DNA of 32,000 nucleotides from Microcystis aeruginosa NIES-843 (GTDB lineage Bacteria; Cyanobacteriota; Cyanobacteriia; Cyanobacteriales; Microcystaceae): NCBI RefSeq assembly GCF_000010625.1, contig NC_010296.1, positions 5,370,001 to 5,402,000 of the forward strand, read 5' to 3'. Shown piece by piece: positions 24,766 to 32,000 of this stretch (position 1 is its first letter; each line of letters starts with the position of its first letter). The notes under the pieces were generated by a model. It saw only the letters and a program-made list of their open reading frames with translations, ran no database searches and was not told where the DNA came from. The position numbers and the translations under genes were made by a program.

Positions 24766-25152
24766 TTAAGAAAAAAGTTGATAAAATAGTAGAGGAGCAA
24801 AAGTAATGACCAAGAGAACCAAAATCCAAACTCGTCCCGCTAAAAGATTATAATCTTGCCCTAATCTTGACCAAGAGTGACCGGCGATAAAATGGCCGAA
24901 CAGAAACTCAAAACCCACTGTTAATACTAACCAAATTAAACCGATAGTAATTGCTTGACCGGAGGATTCTAGACCCAAAAAATAGACAAGAGTGCCAATA
25001 TAAAGACTAAAAAAGAGGATTCCTGTCAGGGTAGAAATTTGATGAGCGCGTAGTTCATCGAGATATTTTCCGTAGGTGGTTTCTCGGAGGATACCGTTAC
25101 TAATTCCTATTACGATCATCGGGAGCCATGCGACAATGTAGCGACTAATCAT
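24766..25152 (-). CDS. small integral membrane protein of unknown function (about 4 TM helices)
   Basis: 128 aa with four hydrophobic segments. It is tightly packed (2-nt spacer) with the downstream oxidoreductase gene. Confidence 0.55.
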   Translation of the reverse strand: MISRYIVAWLPMIVIGISNGILRETTYGKYLDELRAHQISTLTGILFFSLYIGTLVYFLGLESSGQAITIGLIWLVLTVGFEFLFGHFIAGHSWSRLGQDYNLLAGRVWILVLLVITFAPLLFYQLFS

Positions 25153-25237
25153 AAGTTGTTGGTTTAGAACTCGCTCTAATTGGATTATAGCTATATTTGG
25201 CTGATAACTTGAGATATTTTCGTAAAAATTAATATTG

Positions 25238-25909
25238 TTACTTGCCTAAATTTTCAGCCAGATAATCAACTAGCTTTTTCACTGTTGTAAATTCTTGGCA
25301 TTTTTCGTCTGAAAGTTCTAGATCAAATTCTTCTTCTAAAGTCATGATTAATTCAATTGTATCAAGTTCATCTCCTCCCCAATTTGATAATAAGTCAGAC
25401 CAACTATTCCGGACAAAAGAACTACAAGAACTATAAGAACTATAAGAACTATAACTACCGACGTTTTCCTTAGATTTTAAATAAAATAGTTCATCATCAA
25501 TATGTATCTCAGACTTTTCCACATCTAATTGATCACTAATTATCTCTTGAACTTTGATAAAAATTGCCAGTTTTCGTTCATTGTCTTGTGACGTTATTTT
25601 CTCGGTATCATCATTGTTTTTATCGTTAATAACAGCATTAGCTTTTTGTGATGCTATTTTAATAGCTTTCTCTTCATTGATTATCCTTGATTCTAATAGA
25701 CTGGATTGACTGAAAAATAACTGATATCTCATAACTTCAATTCTAGAATTAATTAAGTTTCCTATTATATGAAGTTCTACTTTATGACCACTTTCCTTGT
25801 AAATTCTTGTGGCTAAATCCCAAACAATCTGATCGCGGTTTGCTTCTAGCTGGTTTAATTTTTCTTCACTCAGAGATACCATATCATCCAAATACTGATT
25901 GATCATCAT
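25238..25909 (-). CDS. acyl-carrier-protein-like protein with an N-terminal extension, a Ser/Tyr-rich insertion and DSL->DEL at the phosphopantetheine site
   Basis: The C-terminal GGDELDTIELIMTLEEEFDLELSDEKCQEFTTVKKLVDYL and the upstream IFIKVQEIISDQLDVEKSEIHIDDELF align to the AcpP helices II-IV and I respectively. The gene is AT-rich relative to its neighbours. Confidence 0.6.
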   Translation of the reverse strand: MMINQYLDDMVSLSEEKLNQLEANRDQIVWDLATRIYKESGHKVELHIIGNLINSRIEVMRYQLFFSQSSLLESRIINEEKAIKIASQKANAVINDKNNDDTEKITSQDNERKLAIFIKVQEIISDQLDVEKSEIHIDDELFYLKSKENVGSYSSYSSYSSCSSFVRNSWSDLLSNWGGDELDTIELIMTLEEEFDLELSDEKCQEFTTVKKLVDYLAENLGK

Positions 25910-26150
25910 TGCCAGAATTTACATCTCATAATTTTTGCTGTCTTCATTCATTCGACTAGATCCTCTGCTGCAAAAAATCTCAACCATATTGTATCTTAAG
26001 ATAAATACTTTTCTAAAAAATCTAGGGGTGCATCTCACATTTGCAGAAATACCGACAATCAGCAATTATCAGTGACTCTTAGATGATTACAAATGTATCA
26101 GCATCTGTCTTTAAGCATCCCACCGAAAAGCTAATGCGCTCCGGGGTTTG

Positions 26151-26212
26151 GGTAGGGTTGATTCATGAATCAACCCTACCTTGAATCAACCCTACCTTGA
26201 ATCAACCCTAGG
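26151..26212. repeat. 30-bp perfect palindrome (GGTAGGGTTGATTCA|TGAATCAACCCTACC) followed by two more copies of the right arm
   Basis: The arms are exact complements. TTGAATCAACCCTA(CC/GG) repeats at 26181 and 26197. Confidence 0.85.
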
Positions 26213-26423
26213 GTATCGTCTCGGAGTCTCCCCAAATTGTTAATTTTTTTGCTAATTCAGCTACATTATCCGAAAAATGTCACACTAGAGGTAGAGGAGC
26301 GTCAACTATCAGTCATCAGCTTTCAGCAATTTTTGGCTATTTCCCCAGGGTATTGCTGGCAGCCGGTGGGAAAAAAGATTAACTTCAACCCTGACTTTAT
26401 CTGCTATCGAGGAGGTTAATTCG

Positions 26424-26954
26424 ATGAATAATACGGAAACACTCTCAGTCGATCGGGATACCAACAAACTCTATAATAAAATTCTCGTGGCTGTGGATTA
26501 TCAAGATGTCACTCCAGAGGTATTGAATACGGCTATTCTCTTAGCGAAAACCTACGCTAGTGAGTTGCGGATTATTTATAGTCTGTCTAAACCTTTGACT
26601 CCCTACACGGAAACTTTTATTTATGGTAATCTGATCGGTTATGGTGGCGGTTATCCCCCCGATATGATCGCCTTAGAACAACAAATCACCGAAGAAATGC
26701 AAGCGGAATTACAAGCTTGGTTAAACGGTTTAGTCGATCGAGCTAAGGAGGATAATATCATAGCCCGGGCTGATTATTATATCGGTGATCCGGGACAGAA
26801 AATTTGTCAAGTTGCCCAGCAAGAGGGGATAGATTTAATTATTGTTGGTCGTCACGGTCGATCGGGTTTATCTGAGTTAATCTTAGGTAGTGTCAGTAAT
26901 TATGTGGTACATCATGCTCCCTGTTCGGTTTTGGTGGTACACATCACTCATTAA
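26424..26954 (+). CDS. universal stress protein (UspA family)
   Basis: 176 aa. ILVAVDY at the N-terminus and the ATP-binding-type motif IVGRHGRSGLSELILGSVSNYVVHHAPCSVLVV. Confidence 0.85.
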   Translation: MNNTETLSVDRDTNKLYNKILVAVDYQDVTPEVLNTAILLAKTYASELRIIYSLSKPLTPYTETFIYGNLIGYGGGYPPDMIALEQQITEEMQAELQAWLNGLVDRAKEDNIIARADYYIGDPGQKICQVAQQEGIDLIIVGRHGRSGLSELILGSVSNYVVHHAPCSVLVVHITH

Positions 26955-29103
26955 TTAGAAAGGGTTGAAATCCATTTTTTGCTGTCCATTGAATCGCTCC
27001 ATCTCTCCCGGTCCAGTAAGTCTTAATCCTAGCCTTTCTCAGTTGATTTCTGGCATTACGGGAGAGATTGGTGGTGACAGCGATTGCTGTTTGTGGTCGA
27101 ATTGACTCTAACCATTGTTTATCTAGATTGCTTCCCTGCCATAATAACACTAGGGGGCTGAATTCTTGGGATAAATTAACGGGAATTTTCGGGTTGATAA
27201 TCCAGAGCCAGGATTGATTTTTTACCTGAAATTTAAATAAATTTTTCTCGATCAATTGTCCAGTAATTTCGCCGAGATTAAATTTTTCTAACTGGGATAA
27301 AGTAATAGTTTTTTTGATCGGTATGCTCTGACTGATAGTTGAGAATTGCGCCGAATTATTGACGGTTATTGCTCTTTGTATTTGATTAATTCCCTCCTGT
27401 CGCAAAAAGGGCAAAACTGTATAACGTGCTGTTGCGGGTTCCTCCCCATTAATTAAGAGAGTATTTCCTCGATTTTGAATAATGATTACCGGTTGCGATT
27501 TGGTGGCTAAAACTGTCACCTGAGTTAAAGTTAAATGCTGATAAATAATCGGTATTAAAATTAAAGTGAGGATAAATAAACCGATTAAATGCCACCGTTG
27601 ACGAAACCAGATATTAAAGCAGATTAAGGTAAGGCAAATATAAATAATTAACATCACTCCTAAAGATAATTTACCTGTGGAGTAGGTACTAAAAGGAAGC
27701 AGACTAAAAAAGGTGGTAATTTGCAGTAATAACTCTAGAGGGTAATAGAGAATACTAGCACTGATACTGCCCAAAGGGGGATAAATTAAGCCTAAAAAGG
27801 CAGTAAAAACTCCTCCTAAACTAATTAGGGTAACTAGGGGAGTTGTGATAATATTAATGGGGATATTATAAAGAGCGATCGAGTTAAACGTAAACATTAA
27901 TAAAGGCATAGTCCAGAGAGTAGCAGCCAGACTAATAGCTATAGGTTCAGCGATTAAATTAGGGAAATAGTCAATTTTATTTTTCAGCAAAGGAACGGTA
28001 ATAATTAATCCCAAAGTTGCTAAAAAACTTAACTGAAATCCTAAATCCCAAATCCAGAGAGGTTGCCATAATAATAGAATTGTAGCCGCTAGTAACAGGG
28101 ATCCTAAACTATTAACTTGTCGATTATAAAGCAGACCGATTAATGCCCCAATTCCCATCAAAATCGCTCGCAGGACTGAAGGTTGTAACCCGGTTAAAGT
28201 GCCGTAAATTATTAAGATAGTAAGGGCAATAATAAACTGTTTTTTGGGGGATAAATTGCGAGTAATAGTTAAAACAAATCCTAACAAAATAGCCACATGA
28301 AAGCCAGAAGCTGCTAAAATGTGAGCTAATCCAGTTTTAATAAATAAATCAGTTATTTTTGCTGGCAAATTAACCGCTTGTCGTCCGAGGGTAATCGAAC
28401 TTAATAAAGTCCCTTTTTCTTGGCCTATTCCCTGAATTTGTGCCTCAACAATGCGCTGACGAATCTGCCAAATTCCCCAAGTAGGTGATTTTTTATCGAT
28501 AATTATTTCCCCTTTTAAACCTGCAAAAGCACCCTGACGCGCTAGATAATTAGCAAAGTCAAAAGCATTGGGATTATTCGCAGGACGGGGACGATAAAGT
28601 AATCCTTTAATTGTTATTTCTTGTCCGGGATAAACCTGATTTTCTGCTATATTTGGTAGAGTAACGTAGAGTTTACCCGTGGATTTTTCTGTCGGTAAAT
28701 TCTTGAGGCTAAATTCTTTTACTTCTAACCAAAATTGTAAATTTTCTCGGCGATTGAGACGAATTTCTGATATAATACTGCCCGTGATTTCAATAGAGTT
28801 AACCACATTATTTTTTAAAAGATGACTGATATCATTCCCAGCGGGGTAAGGAGTACGAATTTCTAGATAAACAACGGCAAATATAGCTATTAATCCCCCC
28901 ATCAGCCAAATTTTTCTAGGGGGACTTTGCCACCAAAAACGACGGATAAAAATCGTGGTTAGTAGGGTAATTAGACTAAGAATAACAATTCTAATTACCA
29001 CTTCTTGCCATCGGTTTAACTGGGGACTAAAATCTACCAGACCTGTAGATAACAATCCCAAAATATAGGCTAAACCGAGAATAACGCTATTAGGGCGATT
29101 CAT
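26944..29103 (-). CDS. comEC: ComEC/Rec2-family DNA internalization channel protein
   Basis: 719 aa, polytopic. Competence-domain signature GLAHILAASGFHVAIL...LQPSVLRAILMG. An N-terminal OB-like region is also present. The C-terminal region resembles a degenerate metallo-beta-lactamase domain. Confidence 0.8.
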   Translation of the reverse strand: MNRPNSVILGLAYILGLLSTGLVDFSPQLNRWQEVVIRIVILSLITLLTTIFIRRFWWQSPPRKIWLMGGLIAIFAVVYLEIRTPYPAGNDISHLLKNNVVNSIEITGSIISEIRLNRRENLQFWLEVKEFSLKNLPTEKSTGKLYVTLPNIAENQVYPGQEITIKGLLYRPRPANNPNAFDFANYLARQGAFAGLKGEIIIDKKSPTWGIWQIRQRIVEAQIQGIGQEKGTLLSSITLGRQAVNLPAKITDLFIKTGLAHILAASGFHVAILLGFVLTITRNLSPKKQFIIALTILIIYGTLTGLQPSVLRAILMGIGALIGLLYNRQVNSLGSLLLAATILLLWQPLWIWDLGFQLSFLATLGLIITVPLLKNKIDYFPNLIAEPIAISLAATLWTMPLLMFTFNSIALYNIPINIITTPLVTLISLGGVFTAFLGLIYPPLGSISASILYYPLELLLQITTFFSLLPFSTYSTGKLSLGVMLIIYICLTLICFNIWFRQRWHLIGLFILTLILIPIIYQHLTLTQVTVLATKSQPVIIIQNRGNTLLINGEEPATARYTVLPFLRQEGINQIQRAITVNNSAQFSTISQSIPIKKTITLSQLEKFNLGEITGQLIEKNLFKFQVKNQSWLWIINPKIPVNLSQEFSPLVLLWQGSNLDKQWLESIRPQTAIAVTTNLSRNARNQLRKARIKTYWTGRDGAIQWTAKNGFQPFLINE

Positions 29104-29157
29104 AGAAATTTTTGTTAAATAATTTCAGAATTAGCGGGCATTATTTTTACCTAAGTA

Positions 29158-30972
29158 TCAGCGAAAATCGAGATTAAAAAGTAACTTAGCATAAACACTA
29201 TGGGGATCATTAAATGTAGGTAACTTCAATAATTCCTGCTGAAAATTTTGCCATTCCTGCGTCAAAGGGTGATTATTTTTAGTGAGAGGAGGAAGATAGG
29301 TTTGCAATAAATTAGAGAGAAGTTCTTCTTGCCAACTTTGCGATCGAGGATATTCTTTAAGACTCCAATCATCTCCTAATTTAGCTGTTTTGGCCGCGTA
29401 TTGTACTGCCGCTTCTAGGCCACCGATTTGATCAACTAAACCAATTTTAACCGCATCTTTTCCCGTCCAGACGCGACCTTGGGCCACAGTTCTAACCTTG
29501 TCTGGGGATAATTTTCGCCCCTTGGCCACCGTCTCGATAAATAAATCATAGAACCGATTAACTGCCGCTTGATAAATTTCTAATTCTTGGGGATTTTTCG
29601 GTCTGGTAATAGTAGATATATCGGCTAATTGTCCAGTTTTCACAGTATCCCAATCGATGCCATTATTATTAGCAATCTTCTGGATATTTAACAATAATCC
29701 AAACACACCGATCGAACCAGTAATTGTATCATTATCGGCAAAAATTCTTTGACCCCCCATCGCAATCCAATAACCCCCAGAAGCAGCCACATCACCCAGA
29801 GAAATAATTACCGGTTTTTTCGCATCTAAACGCTTAATTTCCCGCAGAATCACCTCGGAAGCGGTGGCACTTCCCCCCGGACTATTAATTCTCAAAACTA
29901 CCGCTTTTACCTCCTCCTTCCCTTGTAATTTTCGCAATTCCTTCGCCAATTTATCCCCACCGATTTCGCCTCTATCTCCCTGACCTTCTACGATTGTCCC
30001 TTCTGCATAAACTATCGCTATTTGATCGCTACTATCTCCCCCCTCATCATCGAGAGAACTAGCATAATTAGCTAAAGAAATTTGCGAAAAGGAGCCAGAG
30101 GTTTCCTCCTGATTAGTTTTATTTTTTGCTTCTCCTGTCAAATCCTTTGCTAAAGCAATTACTCGATCTAAATAGGCCACTTCATCGACAAAACCCGCCT
30201 TTTTCGCCGTGGTTGCTTCCAGAATACCTTGAGTATCAGAAATAGTTTGCACCTGTTGGGGGGTTAAATTGCGACTTTTGGCCACTGTGGCACTATAATT
30301 AGACCAAATTGTATCGAGTAGGGTTTGCAGCTGCTGACGATTCTGGACACTTAAATCCTGACGCGTATAGGGTTCCACCGCACCTTTAAAAGAACCCACT
30401 TTTACCACTTGTACCCCCACACCATACTTTTCTAGTGCATCGGCAAAAAAGGTTTGTTGACTACTTAAACCATTAATTTCCATTCTCCCCACGGGATTAA
30501 TAATCACCTTTTCAGCAACGGAAGCGAGATAATATTCCTTTTCCGTCCATTCCACATCGTAGGCGATAATTTTTTTACCCGATTGGCGAAATTTTGCCAA
30601 AGCTTGCCGCACTTCCGTCAGGGTAGCATAGCCATATTCACCGACAGTGCCGCGACCGTAGAGTAACAGACCGACAATACTATCATCAAGGGCGGCCTTT
30701 TCGATCGCCGCTATCACCTGTCGTAAATTTAAAGTGGTCCGACTCTCACTGGTCAAACTATCGGCTAAACTTGAACTAGGGGGAGCATCGCTGATATTGG
30801 TGGCTAAGTTAAAGACTAAGACTGATTTTTCCTTAACTGAGGAGCTATCGCTAGAAATCAGGAAAGAAAGCAGTAGAAATGCTAATCCCCCCACACCTAG
30901 GGACGAAAATACCAATAATCCCAATAAAGTTCCCAAGCAACTAGCGAAAGTTTGTTTAAAAAACTGACCCAT
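29158..30972 (-). CDS. sppA: signal peptide peptidase SppA, 67K (tandem-domain) type
   Basis: 604 aa with an N-terminal TM anchor. There are two ClpP/crotonase-like halves. Catalytic-region motifs: INSPGGSATASE and GDVAASGGYWIA. Confidence 0.85.
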   Translation of the reverse strand: MGQFFKQTFASCLGTLLGLLVFSSLGVGGLAFLLLSFLISSDSSSVKEKSVLVFNLATNISDAPPSSSLADSLTSESRTTLNLRQVIAAIEKAALDDSIVGLLLYGRGTVGEYGYATLTEVRQALAKFRQSGKKIIAYDVEWTEKEYYLASVAEKVIINPVGRMEINGLSSQQTFFADALEKYGVGVQVVKVGSFKGAVEPYTRQDLSVQNRQQLQTLLDTIWSNYSATVAKSRNLTPQQVQTISDTQGILEATTAKKAGFVDEVAYLDRVIALAKDLTGEAKNKTNQEETSGSFSQISLANYASSLDDEGGDSSDQIAIVYAEGTIVEGQGDRGEIGGDKLAKELRKLQGKEEVKAVVLRINSPGGSATASEVILREIKRLDAKKPVIISLGDVAASGGYWIAMGGQRIFADNDTITGSIGVFGLLLNIQKIANNNGIDWDTVKTGQLADISTITRPKNPQELEIYQAAVNRFYDLFIETVAKGRKLSPDKVRTVAQGRVWTGKDAVKIGLVDQIGGLEAAVQYAAKTAKLGDDWSLKEYPRSQSWQEELLSNLLQTYLPPLTKNNHPLTQEWQNFQQELLKLPTFNDPHSVYAKLLFNLDFR

Positions 30973-31610
30973 CGGTTTTCATCTACTACTAATTATCCTG
31001 TTTCCTATTGTAGGGATTCCCCGCCCAGAAACAAGTTTTTTATCTGACTGCCTGACACATCTTGCTGAATCACCGACAGGTTAAGACACGGATGCGAGAG
31101 AACCAAATTCGGTCAAAGAAATCTTGTTTAGCTGGCTTGGAAGCAAAAATTGGTTCGAGGGATGAAACCCTTATAGAGAAAGACATTCGGCTATTTTTGT
31201 CAATTGTTTTCGCTCTAGAACAAAAGTGGTCTAGATTTTTTACTTCTATCTTTGACATTTTTCTTGACTTGAATATTTTTTGAGAACTTTTTTAGTTTCT
31301 CACTTTTTCTACTCCAAGAGCATAAGTATAAATACTTAAGCTATTTTCATTTTATATGCTACCAGTCATAAGCTGTTGACTATCTAAATTGCTCGTTAAG
31401 ACTGCAAGGGAGAAGGAGCAGGGAGAGGAAGTTTGAGCATTTGTACTAAAATTTTCAATCCGCAGTTTAAATTCAGTACAGCTTACTACAATTGGAAGTG
31501 CGGAATGTGGGTTAGAGGTCTATTATTGTCGTGCCTCTATCGGCTGAAAATACCGAAAAAAAACTCTTAAGTTATACTAAAATAATTAATACAGACACAC
31601 ATCTTCCCAG

Positions 31611-32000
31611 ATGGTGAAAAGGAATTATTTACCCTTGAAAACCACAGTTAAAGTCAGCACACAAACCCAATTACCCCTACATCTAGTTATCACCCATCCC
31701 CAGTATCGTTTTATCGATTTATTCGCGGGAATCGGTGGTTTTAGAATCGCTTTGGAGAAATTGGGAGGACGTTGTTTAGGCTATTCAGAAATCGATAAAC
31801 AGGCCATCCAAGTTTATCAACAAAATTTTATTAGCTATCTCAACAGCAATGAAATTGCTTTCGGAGATGTGAGTAAAATTAGCAATTTACCCGATAATCT
31901 CGATTTTATTGTCGGCGGCGTTCCCTGTCAACCTTGGTCGGTGGCGGGATGTTTACGGGGATTTGAGGATCCCCGGGGAAAACTCTGGTTTGATGTGATT
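31611..32000 (+). CDS. DNA (cytosine-5)-methyltransferase, N-terminal part; the ORF runs off the window (not in the ORF track)
   Basis: Own translation from the ATG at 31611 gives MVKRNYLPLK...RFIDLFAGIGGFRIALEKLG (motif I FxGxG) and FIVGGVPCQPWSVAG (motif IV PCQ). The frame is open to position 32000. Confidence 0.8.
   Translation, partial: MVKRNYLPLKTTVKVSTQTQLPLHLVITHPQYRFIDLFAGIGGFRIALEKLGGRCLGYSEIDKQAIQVYQQNFISYLNSNEIAFGDVSKISNLPDNLDFIVGGVPCQPWSVAGCLRGFEDPRGKLWFDVI

Noticed and set aside
24764-24829. A 22-codon N-terminal extension of the quinone oxidoreductase ORF (MDFGSLGHYFCSS...)
   Set aside because: It overlaps the 3' end of the upstream membrane-protein gene. The family-typical N-terminus MKAIIINRYG starts at the internal ATG at 24763.
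26237-26419. 60-aa ORF immediately upstream of the usp gene
   Set aside because: It covers heptamer-like repeats and the likely usp promoter and RBS region. It has no motif support.
31062-31283. Small ORFs on both strands (73 aa and 62 aa) in the AT-rich spacer
   Set aside because: They are mutually overlapping, have no motifs and no obvious ribosome-binding context. This is typical of chance ORFs in AT-rich DNA.

Overview
This window looks like cyanobacterial chromosomal DNA. Support: HIP1 GCGATCGC palindromes, ndhD, phylloquinone menC-menE, heptamer STRR-like repeats, and many IS630 elements and MITEs. The overall look is Microcystis-like, but that is inference. Two ordinary housekeeping blocks flank a plastic middle segment. 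Block 1 (1-4.5 kb) holds the 3' end of a cysteine desulfurase gene, ndhD, menE and menC. Block 2 (20.7-32 kb) holds a GT2 glycosyltransferase, a desaturase-SDR fusion, a quinone oxidoreductase, a small membrane protein, an odd ACP-like protein, Usp, ComEC, SppA and the start of a C5 DNA methyltransferase. The middle segment (4.5-20.5 kb, about 16 kb) has nearly all genes on the minus strand. It contains two unrelated IS630 elements inserted at TA sites about 70 bp apart. It also contains a 1318-aa secreted giant protein (beta-helix, Calx-beta, five 81-aa RTX modules encoded by near-perfect 243-bp repeats). Directly upstream of that gene lies the most unusual structure: four tandem ~1.5 kb units. 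Each unit has a 33-nt perfect hairpin, a sigma70-like promoter, and the first 24 codons shared with the giant gene fused to a truncated DUF4347 domain. Each unit ends in a YhgA/Rpn-like PD-(D/E)XK nuclease gene with a DUF4351-type tail. Further upstream, two copies of a second Rpn-like family bracket a VapBC toxin-antitoxin pair, and one of them again sits behind a truncated giant-gene leader. The Rpn-like paralogs differ mainly by 12-bp in-frame microsatellites, a swapped C-terminal cassette and a heptamer-filled internal deletion. I recognised no rRNA, tRNA or CRISPR array. All family assignments rest on motif recognition by eye and need HMM or BLAST confirmation.
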